A stretch of 64,000 nt of DNA from a virus: IMG/VR virus record IMGVR_UViG_3300044568_003751, positions 25,312 through 89,311 of that record. One strand, 5' to 3'. Numbering within the stretch: position 1 is the stretch's first letter; each line of letters starts with the position of its first letter. A model generated the notes under the pieces. The model saw nothing but the letters and a program-made list of their open reading frames with translations, did not search any database and had not been told where the DNA came from. The position numbers and the translations under genes are program-made. This document shows, piece by piece, positions 44,691-53,383 of the stretch.

Positions 44691-45575
44691 TTATTTTTTT
44701 AGTTGATCTCTGTAGTATTCAGTTTCTTTGACGGCCCTGGCATTCAAGTCATTGTCTGCTTTGACCACTACAAAACTTCTTTCTGTAAGAGGTTTGGTCA
44801 GTTCTGCATCCTGGCTCCATGTTTTGATAATGCTGATCAATTCTGCATTCTTTAACAAATTGCTGTGGTTGGGAATTGCTGTGGCATACCAAGTTTCAAA
44901 TTGATATTTTGGTAATACAGTGTTCATTGCAGGAATGTCACTGCGCACAACTTTGCTAGATGCAAGAAATTTAACCTTGCCTTCCAATCCAGTATAAGCC
45001 GCAATCTGGTCGTAACCACAAGCAGTATGCCCGCCCACAATGTCTGGAATCATCTGACCTGTTCCTTTGTAGGGCACGGGTACAAATTTAGTACCGTAAG
45101 TGGAATTGATTTGTTTGAGTTCAATCTCACCATGGCTGTTGCTGACACCACACACAGTTTCTTTTTTCTTGGCTGTTTCGATCAATTCTCTAAATGTTTT
45201 GATTTCACCAGTTTCGGGAGTGATAAAAATCATGGGGTTGGACACAGATGGTCCTATCAGTTGTGTTTTTTTGGCATAGACATTTTCTCTATTGAGCAAT
45301 ACATTGGAAAATACAAAATTTGCAGAACTTGCCACAAATATAACATTGTCTCGTTTTTCCACTGCAATGTTTAGAGCAATGTCTCCGTTGGCTCCAGGGT
45401 GATACACAACCACGTTATCATGTCCTTTGTTTATCAATGCTTTTGATAAACTACGGGCGGTCATATCAATTGCACCACCTGGAGGTGTTGGTACAACAAT
45501 AGTGATTGGTTCTCCGGCAAACACAGTGGTCGAGAATACTAAGGCAAAAATAAATTGTGTAAATTTTTTGATCAT
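44691..45575 (-). CDS. Bug/TctC substrate-binding protein
   Basis: Signal peptide, PPGGAID..AR, PGANG, VPYKGTG..D..GGH. Confidence 0.9.
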   Translation of the reverse strand: MIKKFTQFIFALVFSTTVFAGEPITIVVPTPPGGAIDMTARSLSKALINKGHDNVVVYHPGANGDIALNIAVEKRDNVIFVASSANFVFSNVLLNRENVYAKKTQLIGPSVSNPMIFITPETGEIKTFRELIETAKKKETVCGVSNSHGEIELKQINSTYGTKFVPVPYKGTGQMIPDIVGGHTACGYDQIAAYTGLEGKVKFLASSKVVRSDIPAMNTVLPKYQFETWYATAIPNHSNLLKNAELISIIKTWSQDAELTKPLTERSFVVVKADNDLNARAVKETEYYRDQLKK

Positions 45576-45729
45576 GGGTTCTCCTAAAAGTTTATTATAC
45601 ACGATTGCTAGTAGGAGGTCTACATACGGTGCGGCGTTCTGAGCATAGTATGTCAGTAAAAGGGTCACTACCCCGGGCGTCACTTGTGATACCGACGTCA
45701 GCCTGTTGCTGGCGTTACAGAAATATTTA
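45576..45729 (-). promoter_or_regulatory. Structured 5' leader with anti-SD (riboswitch candidate)
   Basis: Starts after TAAATA; hairpins; CTCCTA complementary to the TAGGAG SD. Confidence 0.45.
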
Positions 45730-46713
45730 GTTCTGCAAGTCGATCATGTAAAAATCTTGTCCAAATCTGTACAATGAATGCATGTGACTTGAGTAGGTAA
45801 TAGCATCTCTGAATCGTTGACTAAATTCACTGTGCGCATCAGTATAGTAACTGACTCCCAGTTCTAATATCAATTTAATAACATTGATCAATGTTTTTTT
45901 GCTAAAAGCATATTGAGTGTTGCGTTTGTTCCAAAATTCATGTGACAGTGTTGTTTCTTCAATTGTGTAGAGATTGTCATGCCACATCATATCCAAGGTG
46001 CATACATCTATTTCTAATTTTTTAATTTCAAACTCGGCACCACACTTGTTTTTTTCTGCATACTGTTTGATGTCTAAAAATAATTGTTTGGTAAGACCAA
46101 AATGATTGGTTAAAAAACACTGACTACTAAAATTACTTTGTTGAAAGAATGGCTGTGTACCTTTGATGCCAAGCACACATTCGGGGCCAATGGGTTGATT
46201 GTCAAACAGCAAACTACCGGGCCTGCTTATCTCCATGCCAATAGGGGTAAAAAATGAAAAGTCAACTTTGTGAGGAACTGTGTGCAAGTCAATGTAAACT
46301 AATAAAGGTTGTTGATCCTTCTCGATTTGTATAATCGCATAATCAGCTAAGTCAAGATTGCTCAACCATCTCTTTTGACCGTTTAATACATTATCTGTCA
46401 GAGTCATAGTATCAGATCGTTTTAGTATGCTATAGCATCCAATCAGTTGACCATATGATTGTGTCAACACACGGTCCTTGATGGTTGGAGAGGAACACAG
46501 TTGTACAGAAATTACGGCTGTGGCATAATGTTGTATGTTATGCGCTAGGCCTAAACTGAGTTGACTTAGCCGTTGTAGATTTTTAAAAAATAAGATTTTT
46601 TGATTAAAAGAAGAGTCAAGAAAATTTAAATCAAAGTAGCTTGATAACTTTGCTAAATTTTTTCGATCAAATTTTAAGTCAGATACTGATTCAGACAAAA
46701 AAGATTCTAGCAT
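45727..46713 (-). CDS. Acyl-CoA dehydrogenase-like protein
   Basis: LNGQKRWLSN, PIGM, FSQRFRDA...SH. Confidence 0.7.
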   Translation of the reverse strand: MLESFLSESVSDLKFDRKNLAKLSSYFDLNFLDSSFNQKILFFKNLQRLSQLSLGLAHNIQHYATAVISVQLCSSPTIKDRVLTQSYGQLIGCYSILKRSDTMTLTDNVLNGQKRWLSNLDLADYAIIQIEKDQQPLLVYIDLHTVPHKVDFSFFTPIGMEISRPGSLLFDNQPIGPECVLGIKGTQPFFQQSNFSSQCFLTNHFGLTKQLFLDIKQYAEKNKCGAEFEIKKLEIDVCTLDMMWHDNLYTIEETTLSHEFWNKRNTQYAFSKKTLINVIKLILELGVSYYTDAHSEFSQRFRDAITYSSHMHSLYRFGQDFYMIDLQN

Positions 46714-46749
46714 TTATACATTATACTGCCTATGCCAATCTCTGTCAAC

Positions 46750-47748
46750 TTAATGTAGTCGTTGTTTAACAATCTGTTTGACAATCTCTTTATCTTCCCA
46801 GTATTTCTGGGATTTGACCCAACTTAATCGTGCTTTGTGTCTGAGTTTTTCTGTGTCTTCGGCAGACATTTCTGTAATAGTGATGCCATTTGCTTTGGCT
46901 TCTGTTTCAAATTTTTCAGCATCCTCTAAGGACCACTGGCGTTCTTGTCTAGATGCATCAAGAGCGGCTTTACGGAATGCTTCTTGATATACCGGAGTTA
47001 AACTGTCCCAGAATTTATTGCTGACTAAAATAGTGGTCAAGAACATGCTGTGATTTGTTTTAAAAACGTAGTTGCCATTGACTTGTTTAAAACGCAGATA
47101 AGTTGTTTCTACACCATCACATCCGTGTTGCATTGGATCTTTTTTATGCCATGTTGTAGGAGCAGATATTTCGTATGATCCTCCCATGTCCTCGAGGGTT
47201 GTTCCTAAAGACGTTGATTGTTGTACAGCAATTTTCATTGTTGATAGTTGATCAAGAGTTGTAATAGGCTCATGTGATCCAACTACTCGATAACCGCCAC
47301 TGTAAGTAAATGCCAATCCAGTAACGCCGCTTTTACGTGCTAATTCTGAACATAATTTTTGTCCTACTGGACCTTCAACCACACGCTGGACATGGTCATG
47401 ATCTTCAAACAAAAATGGCAAATCTAATGCTCTAAAATCATGATGATGATCACCTACTCGGAATATTTGAATCTGACTCATTTCAACTTCACTGTCAAAC
47501 AATGCACCCCAAAACGCTTTCATGCCAACTTCTTCAAAAGTTACATCGTTATCTGGTGAATGTTTCATTTCCTCAAGACCGGGTATTTCGTGATATTTTT
47601 CTACATAATCATCATACGTAAGCATTTCAATTTCAAACTCATCATTTGAATATTTTTTTAATGCGTCTGAAAAAGCACGAGCAGTACGAAAAAATAATTC
47701 TTGTGGTTGATGTGCAATAAGCCATCTAATTTTGCGGGGTGTTGACAT
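46750..47748 (-). CDS. TRAP transporter substrate-binding protein, DctP family (no clear signal peptide)
   Basis: LDLPFLFEDHDH, SGGYR, TNH, FWDSL. Confidence 0.85.
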   Translation of the reverse strand: MSTPRKIRWLIAHQPQELFFRTARAFSDALKKYSNDEFEIEMLTYDDYVEKYHEIPGLEEMKHSPDNDVTFEEVGMKAFWGALFDSEVEMSQIQIFRVGDHHHDFRALDLPFLFEDHDHVQRVVEGPVGQKLCSELARKSGVTGLAFTYSGGYRVVGSHEPITTLDQLSTMKIAVQQSTSLGTTLEDMGGSYEISAPTTWHKKDPMQHGCDGVETTYLRFKQVNGNYVFKTNHSMFLTTILVSNKFWDSLTPVYQEAFRKAALDASRQERQWSLEDAEKFETEAKANGITITEMSAEDTEKLRHKARLSWVKSQKYWEDKEIVKQIVKQRLH

Positions 47749-47781
47749 GTATATCTCCGGGGGTGTTTGTACGATTATTTA

Positions 47782-48264
47782 TCAATCATTATCCTGTTCT
47801 TTTGGAATCCATCCCAGTTGGAACAAATCCTTGCGTATTTGATCCGTTACAGTGCCTTCGGGCACATGCCCTAGATCTACCCAATCCGCATCGGGCTCAC
47901 CCTGTATGCCCGAGCAGTACCATTCAATGTAGTCACCCGATTCGCGCATGTCAGCCACAATACCACCGGCATAGCGCCAGCTGGCACTCCAGCGTTGATC
48001 CTTGAGCAAAGGCCAAACATCATTCTTTTGCCATTCTTGGTTGCACAAGGCCGCGTACAAGTTTTGAGCATAGGTCTTGGTGCTTTTTGTCTTGTCACAG
48101 ATCCACTTGGTACTGCGAAGATCGTACTCCAGGTTATCTTTTTGCCACTCAGGATCTGCTATTCGTTCCTGGTCTTGATTCCGCAAACGTTCTAGTACTT
48201 CGGCTAATTCATCTGAAGAGTTTTGAAAGGTATGACGTTCGGGACTTGAATTTATTTTAGTCAT
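47782..48264 (-). CDS. Conserved phage hypothetical protein
   Basis: YAQNLYAALCN, SWRYAGGIVA, GDYIEWYCSG. Confidence 0.75.
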   Translation of the reverse strand: MTKINSSPERHTFQNSSDELAEVLERLRNQDQERIADPEWQKDNLEYDLRSTKWICDKTKSTKTYAQNLYAALCNQEWQKNDVWPLLKDQRWSASWRYAGGIVADMRESGDYIEWYCSGIQGEPDADWVDLGHVPEGTVTDQIRKDLFQLGWIPKEQDND

Positions 48265-48270
48265 AGTATT

Positions 48271-48345
48271 TGGTCCGGCGTAGTGGAATCGAACCACTAT
48301 TATCTCTTTAGAAGAAAGATGTCCTATCCGTTGAACGAACGCCAG
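48271..48345 (-). tRNA. tRNA-Arg(UCU)
   Basis: CTTCTAA loop, CCA. Confidence 0.92.
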
Positions 48346-48349
48346 CGAA

Positions 48350-48424
48350 TGGTGCCTTGGGAGGGAATTGAACCCCCACTCAAGCGATTATGAGTCGCCT
48401 GCTTTACCATTAAGCTACCAAGGC
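48350..48424 (-). tRNA. tRNA-Ile2(CAU)
   Basis: Anticodon arm GGCGA-CTCATAA-TCGCT as in enterobacterial Ile2 tRNAs. Confidence 0.85.
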
Positions 48425-48447
48425 ACGTTTTTATTATAACAGGAACG

Positions 48448-48828
48448 TTATTTAGTCGCAACAGTGCCGTCTGCCAAGTGGTCCTGTTTGATTTCCCGCA
48501 CAGGATGCCCTAAGATAGTGGCAATGTAGTTTTTATAAACAATTCGTTTGTTGTTGAAATCACGAATTGCAATAGCACGACGACCGATCTCTTGTAGGCT
48601 CAACATCTGCTCTACCCCAGATTTCAGTTGCCATTCCAAGTCCCAGATAGCATGATGGATGTCAGTCATTGCTTGAATGTTTGCATCTAGTTCTGCGCTT
48701 TGTGGCAGTTGACGATATCGTTCTTCATACCAATCAAGTTCAATTTGGTTTGCGCCCTGAGTGCGAGCGTGTTTTACTCTAGCAATGCACAAGCGATCGA
48801 TGAGTTCTAGTACAGGAAGAAATTCCAT
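48448..48828 (-). CDS. Hypothetical protein
   Basis: 126 aa, ELIDRL..IWDLE..NNKR. Confidence 0.7.
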   Translation of the reverse strand: MEFLPVLELIDRLCIARVKHARTQGANQIELDWYEERYRQLPQSAELDANIQAMTDIHHAIWDLEWQLKSGVEQMLSLQEIGRRAIAIRDFNNKRIVYKNYIATILGHPVREIKQDHLADGTVATK

Positions 48829-48874
48829 ATTTGCCTTATGTAAACACGTATTATATGATATTTCTAAGTATTTG

Positions 48875-49183
48875 TCAAGCCTTGTGCCAAACTATATCTG
48901 ATTTTACTTCTAAACTTTCGTTGCCGTCGTATTCGTTTATGATGAATTCAGTACCTTCAGGAAGCCATTGAATTTCTAAATCTCTCATGCCACCATCATA
49001 GATATCTGGGTACTTGAGTTTGACATAGACCTCTAATTCTTCCCACCGGTTGTGTTCTACAAATTCTACAATGGCAGGATCAAACAGGATTTCTTCGTGT
49101 TCAGCATTCCAAGTTGACCAGCCGGCACCATGTCCTGGCGATACCAGTACTGCTACTTGGCCATCACGGACGAGTTTGTTCAT
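48875..49183 (-). CDS. Conserved phage hypothetical protein
   Basis: VSPGHGAGWSTWN, EYDGNE. Confidence 0.75.
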   Translation of the reverse strand: MNKLVRDGQVAVLVSPGHGAGWSTWNAEHEEILFDPAIVEFVEHNRWEELEVYVKLKYPDIYDGGMRDLEIQWLPEGTEFIINEYDGNESLEVKSDIVWHKA

Positions 49184-49449
49184 TTCAAGTCGCCTCGGAG
49201 GGTGTGCCAAACCACAGGATCACATCCAAGATAGATGCGGTATTTCACATTGTTGCGCCAGCGTGTGAATTCGTTGATCCGGCGTTCTACAAAGTTAAAC
49301 ATTGAGTCACGAAACCAAAAAGGATTCAATATGGCCGCAATCATGGCCACAGCCAGGGGTGGCATAAGAATTACTACAGTGAACCAATGGAACGCCATGG
49401 CACGATAGAATCGGCCACCCGCAGGTGTTAGTGTAATTTCTTTGTTCAT
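49180..49449 (-). CDS. Hypothetical membrane protein
   Basis: Central hydrophobic segment; ATGA overlaps. Confidence 0.65.
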   Translation of the reverse strand: MNKEITLTPAGGRFYRAMAFHWFTVVILMPPLAVAMIAAILNPFWFRDSMFNFVERRINEFTRWRNNVKYRIYLGCDPVVWHTLRGDLK

Positions 49450-49643
49450 TGCTGTACCTTTCTGCATTCAAACACGCCTGGGAACATTTTTTGTTCACGT
49501 ACCAATTGATCCATATATGTGACCATGGAAGTCCGGGTCTTTTCACAGTCCGCTATTTCTCTAAACTGACTCATGCGTTCTATGTGAAAGCCTGGAATAC
49601 CGGCCTTGGTCACAACCAAAAATGTAAATATTAATTCGTACAT
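49446..49643 (-). CDS. Hypothetical protein
   Basis: Coupled small ORF. Confidence 0.6.
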   Translation of the reverse strand: MYELIFTFLVVTKAGIPGFHIERMSQFREIADCEKTRTSMVTYMDQLVREQKMFPGVFECRKVQQ

Positions 49644-49867
49644 GGTTCAAATCCTAAATTGTTTGCGTATTCTCGAATAGACGTTGCTGAGTTAAGGCCG
49701 TCCTCATCTGTGAACACAGGATCATTGGTATGAGTATACCCATCCAAGAATGAGATAAACCAAGAGGGCTGACCATAACTTGAGCAAGGTGTGGCCTGTC
49801 CTATTCGACGACCATTCACATAAGGTGGCCGATCAATGCTGACGAGATACTGACTAATCTGGTTCAT
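49631..49867 (-). CDS. Hypothetical protein
   Basis: Coupled small ORF. Confidence 0.6.
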   Translation of the reverse strand: MNQISQYLVSIDRPPYVNGRRIGQATPCSSYGQPSWFISFLDGYTHTNDPVFTDEDGLNSATSIREYANNLGFEPCTN

Positions 49868-50163
49868 TCTTCAACTCCAAAATGTTTCTCTATCCTGCTA
49901 ACAATGGTAGAACCTACACCATCATATTCATCAGCAATACCAACACATTCGCGAACAATCAACTCGGCAAACTTTTCTGTGGCTTCGTGTGAATTTCCTA
50001 CCCGGCTAGTAGGACCTAACAGTCCAGCCTTTTCGGCAAGTTGTCCAATTCGTTTGTTCATTTTAGGTTTGAGTCGAGGAGCATATGGCCCTTTACTACA
50101 AACATGAGCAACATCAAAGTCTGGATAAGTGTCTCCGCAAAAATTGCATGTAATTTGTTTCAT
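49864..50163 (-). CDS. 'FAELIVREC' family protein with N-terminal CxxC..HxC extension
   Basis: MNKRIGQLAEKAG..EKFAELIVREC..IEKHFGVEE. Confidence 0.65.
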   Translation of the reverse strand: MKQITCNFCGDTYPDFDVAHVCSKGPYAPRLKPKMNKRIGQLAEKAGLLGPTSRVGNSHEATEKFAELIVRECVGIADEYDGVGSTIVSRIEKHFGVEE

Positions 50164-50429
50164 AGTTCAACCTCGTAGTTCTTTTTGATGTGCTTGGCAA
50201 TAGTATAGCCTTGTCCCAGTGTAAGCCCATCAAACCGGTAGGCAGTATCAGCACAGTCGCGGATCAACAATTCAGCAAAGTGTTTCACAAACCGCTCCAA
50301 GTCCGCAGGCGTCATGGTGCTCCAAGTTTCCTTGAACTTGTCGTCCAGCGTCTGTGCCATCAGTTGTTTGATACGCTTGTTCACTGCGATCTCCGCTTCA
50401 TCCATGTGTAGTCTACCCCGTCTGGACAC
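50160..50429 (-). CDS. 'FAELIVREC' family protein (start probably GTG near 50384)
   Basis: NKRIKQL..HFAELLIRDC..IKKNYEVEL. Confidence 0.6.
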   Translation of the reverse strand: MSRRGRLHMDEAEIAVNKRIKQLMAQTLDDKFKETWSTMTPADLERFVKHFAELLIRDCADTAYRFDGLTLGQGYTIAKHIKKNYEVEL

Positions 50430-50584
50430 TTGCCATTCTTGATACTGTCAGCGCCAAACACACCCACAATCTCCATGCCATTGCCTGTGATAGTAACAAA
50501 CTCGCCCAACGCCCGGGCATACGCCATGGCTAGATCTAAAGATTCAAAATCTTGTTGTTGAGTCGGGCTTGCTACATTATACAT
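50381..50584 (-). CDS. Hypothetical protein
   Basis: Coupled small ORF. Confidence 0.65.
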   Translation of the reverse strand: MYNVASPTQQQDFESLDLAMAYARALGEFVTITGNGMEIVGVFGADSIKNGKCPDGVDYTWMKRRSQ

Positions 50585-50767
50585 TCAATCCATTAGACTG
50601 TAAAGTCTATCTTCCCAATAAAATTCATAACTTTGGCATTGTTCGGCAATCTTGCCCACAAGGCTGGCACGTTGTAAATAGGTTCTACTTGTTTTTGCCG
50701 CTTCTAATTTGGCAATCAGCGCATCAATGTCTGCATTCATACGCTCGTCAAGTGGTGTTAGTCTCAT
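50585..50767 (-). CDS. Hypothetical protein
   Basis: Small ORF MRLTPLDE.. Confidence 0.6.
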   Translation of the reverse strand: MRLTPLDERMNADIDALIAKLEAAKTSRTYLQRASLVGKIAEQCQSYEFYWEDRLYSLMD

Positions 50768-50859
50768 ATGTTTTCTCTTTACATGTATCGGTTGATGAAC
50801 CAAACTTTGATCACAAAGGTAACGGCCAGGAATAAGAACATTTCAATCATACAATTTCC

Positions 50860-51207
50860 TTAATCTAATCGGCTACCAGCGTAGGCAGAGAAGCCGTATC
50901 GCTTGAAAACATCAGCCGCCGCTTGGGCACCTGCTTCCAGGGTGTCTACGTTTTGCACGTACATGTTGGATGGATTCCAGATTTGGAAAGCACCTGTGTG
51001 ACTCTTGCTCACGCCTGCTTCTTTGAGAGCACGGCCCAGTTTGGTATTGCCTCGAACACCAAAGATATCAACCCAGGCAAAGCCACAGGCAAACTGATCT
51101 TTTCCGCCAAGTTTTTCTTGGAAGAAACGTTCAGCGGCTTCACGAGCGGCTGACTTGGCTTCGGCCACGATTGTGTCTACTTTGACACCGTTTAGTGTTA
51201 CTGTCAT
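50860..51207 (-). CDS. Conserved phage hypothetical protein
   Basis: ACGFAWV..AGSRLD; AAGGAG RBS; early promoter upstream. Confidence 0.75.
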   Translation of the reverse strand: MTVTLNGVKVDTIVAEAKSAAREAAERFFQEKLGGKDQFACGFAWVDIFGVRGNTKLGRALKEAGVSKSHTGAFQIWNPSNMYVQNVDTLEAGAQAAADVFKRYGFSAYAGSRLD

Positions 51208-51236
51208 GGAGGGCTCCTTTTTAGTTTCTATACAAG

Positions 51237-51268
51237 TATTATAGCAAATGGGTAATTATTGGTCAACC
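51237..51268 (-). promoter_or_regulatory. Sigma70-type early promoter, identical to 25183..25214
   Basis: TTGACC-N17-TATAAT. Confidence 0.85.
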
Positions 51269-51603
51269 GCTTTTGTACGCACATCTGTGTTGAGTGCAGG
51301 TGTATACTTTCGTATTAGTTCACGCTCTAGTGTGTGCGCTTCAGTCTTGCCACGCACCGTGTCAACAATCGCAAAATTCACAGCCGACTCACCAGCGGCA
51401 CGAATTGCTTCGTACAGACGCCATGATTTGTCTTCTGTGCGTGAGCGATAGATGTGCTTGTTGATGCGTGAGCGCAGGCTCATGGTGATGGTGCGTTGAG
51501 TTTTTGCTGTAACACCAATGTAGTACTCCAGGCCAATTTGGATGAAGTAAACAATGTGTGTACGGTCCACTCGTTTTTTGCGTGATTGCTTTTTAAGTTC
51601 CAT
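51256..51603 (-). CDS. GIY-YIG-like nuclease domain protein
   Basis: HIVY..YYIGVT, R..KH, ERELI..P.LN; leaderless from the promoter at about 51610-51638. Confidence 0.7.
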   Translation of the reverse strand: MELKKQSRKKRVDRTHIVYFIQIGLEYYIGVTAKTQRTITMSLRSRINKHIYRSRTEDKSWRLYEAIRAAGESAVNFAIVDTVRGKTEAHTLERELIRKYTPALNTDVRTKAVDQ

Positions 51604-51704
51604 ACAAGTATTATAACCGAAACTGCTTTTTTGGTCAACCGAAATCAACTACTACAAAAGTACTAGTTTTTGCGAGATCAAAAAGTAATACTTTGGTTTA
51701 CGGT

Positions 51705-52064
51705 TTATGTACGATCCAAATAACGCAAAAACTTTTCCAGGTCGCCATACATGGCATACATGATGGCCTGCTGACTGCCGAATATGATTAGTTTGGGAAT
51801 TTTACCCACCTTTAGATAGTAGGGACAATCAAGTTTTCGGTTCAAGGTCATAAGCAAACTGGGACTCAACACTTTTGTAAAATCAAATTCATATTGTTCA
51901 ATTGACAAAAATTTAAAAGCATCATATCCAGATATGCTCAATCTTAATCCACCATCGTCACGTGGATCTTGCCACCATGCTTTGAGCGCCAGTTCAACGC
52001 CAAGCCGGTCATCTGCTGGCAGTTGATTTAACAGTTGTTGAGTAAGTTGTTGTTTATCGAGCAT
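51705..52064 (-). CDS. Hypothetical protein
   Basis: GGLRLS..LDCPYY. Confidence 0.7.
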   Translation of the reverse strand: MLDKQQLTQQLLNQLPADDRLGVELALKAWWQDPRDDGGLRLSISGYDAFKFLSIEQYEFDFTKVLSPSLLMTLNRKLDCPYYLKVGKIPKLIIFGSQQAIMYAMYGDLEKFLRYLDRT

Positions 52065-52353
52065 CGGGGTATACTTGCGCCCCCTGCGTCAAGAGTACAA
52101 CTGTGAACTTGTCGGTCTTGAATTGTGTGTTGAGTTTACGTGCCAAGTTCTTGGCATGACCGGGATTGGAGAATGAAACCTTCTTGTATTTAGGACCTGG
52201 ATATTGTGTGAGCATGTTGGAGGTTTTCAAGTTGATAGGCTTGGTATCATAAAAAACTGCCCACACTCCATCAGAGGCCAACACTTGTTCGGTCTTGTAA
52301 GTTGCTTTGTCAGTGGATTCGATCAACACATTCGGCTTGGGTCTTGACATCAT
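52054..52353 (-). CDS. Conserved phage hypothetical protein
   Basis: MSRPKP..GPKYKKVSFSNPGHA; TAAATA upstream. Confidence 0.75.
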   Translation of the reverse strand: MMSRPKPNVLIESTDKATYKTEQVLASDGVWAVFYDTKPINLKTSNMLTQYPGPKYKKVSFSNPGHAKNLARKLNTQFKTDKFTVVLLTQGAQVYPDAR

Positions 52354-52381
52354 TATCTCCGTAGTTTATTTATCTCAAAAA

Positions 52382-52597
52382 CTACGTGGTTTTGAAACTC
52401 CCACCACTCAATTCTACTGTGACTTTTTCTTCTCGGGCCTGGATAGTTTGGCCACGCATGCCTTCCAAAGTCAGTAATAGTTTTGTAATATCACCGTGCA
52501 AGTCTTTGGCATCACGCAAATTCATGGTCAAGTCACGTTGACCACGGCTTTCTGCGGCCTTGATAGCATCAACAAAACGGTTGATATGTAAACTCAT
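52382..52597 (-). CDS. Hypothetical protein
   Basis: Coupled small ORF. Confidence 0.65.
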   Translation of the reverse strand: MSLHINRFVDAIKAAESRGQRDLTMNLRDAKDLHGDITKLLLTLEGMRGQTIQAREEKVTVELSGGSFKTT

Positions 52598-52950
52598 TTT
52601 ACAAACTGTTCTAGCTCAGGTGGTTCCCAGCCCAGAGGCTTGAGTACTTTGCCATCTTCACGCTTGCGAACCTTGCCAGTTTCACTATCGATTTTAGCAA
52701 AGTTTGTTTTCATAACTTCCTTCCAAGCACCTTCGGCGTCAGCACCGAGACTATGGATAGCACCCACAGTGACCACAAGGATATCAATCAATGCATCAAG
52801 ATCATCCACTTTGGTTGTGCTGGCCACCAATTCGTTGAATTCTTCACTGATGAGATTACAATACAGTTGGTATTGCTCCTCATTGAACTCGCCCACTGTC
52901 TGATCACAGGCTCGCATGAATTTTTCTTGATCTCTAAAGGGATTTGACAT
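52594..52950 (-). CDS. MazG-like / PRA-PH-like NTP pyrophosphohydrolase
   Basis: LISEEFNEL, DALIDI, EV..TNFAK, REDGKVLKP. Confidence 0.88.
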   Translation of the reverse strand: MSNPFRDQEKFMRACDQTVGEFNEEQYQLYCNLISEEFNELVASTTKVDDLDALIDILVVTVGAIHSLGADAEGAWKEVMKTNFAKIDSETGKVRKREDGKVLKPLGWEPPELEQFVK

Positions 52951-53383
52951 TTGCTTCTTCTTTGCTATTAAACGGACCTTGGTAATCGTATCGTTCCAAG
53001 GAGATGAGTTTTGGATGTTGAATCATTTTCCACTTGCGATGTTGTCGCACTCGATACCAACCAGCCGCAAACCATGACTTGGATTTTGTGTCTCTAGTGA
53101 ACAAGGGCAAACGGCGTTTGACGTCCCATAGAGGATTGTATACCATACCTTCCACGTTGTGACCATACACTACGTTTGCCGGCGCAGGTGTGGCTTTTTC
53201 TGGTGGCTCAAACTCAATGTTCACAGCCTCTCGAGCCATTTTGACTGTTTTGTAACTGGCCACACTGTCATGAATTTTTATGGTACAGTTACCGTTTTCG
53301 GTGACTTCAAGTTGGCCAATCTTGCGATTATCCTTCTTGAGTATCCAATATTGATTTTCTAATACTGGTTTGGCTAATATCAT
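52934..53383 (-). CDS. Hypothetical protein
   Basis: LPLFT..KSKSWFAAGWY..PKLI.L.RY.YQGPF. Confidence 0.7.
   Translation of the reverse strand: MILAKPVLENQYWILKKDNRKIGQLEVTENGNCTIKIHDSVASYKTVKMAREAVNIEFEPPEKATPAPANVVYGHNVEGMVYNPLWDVKRRLPLFTRDTKSKSWFAAGWYRVRQHRKWKMIQHPKLISLERYDYQGPFNSKEEANVKSL

Noticed and set aside
51256-51603. Intron-encoded homing endonuclease
   Set aside because: Free-standing with its own promoter, no DNA-binding tail and no interrupted host gene.
51656-51697. AT-rich imperfect inverted repeat as a replication origin
   Set aside because: No iterons or other support; could be a terminator or protein-binding site.
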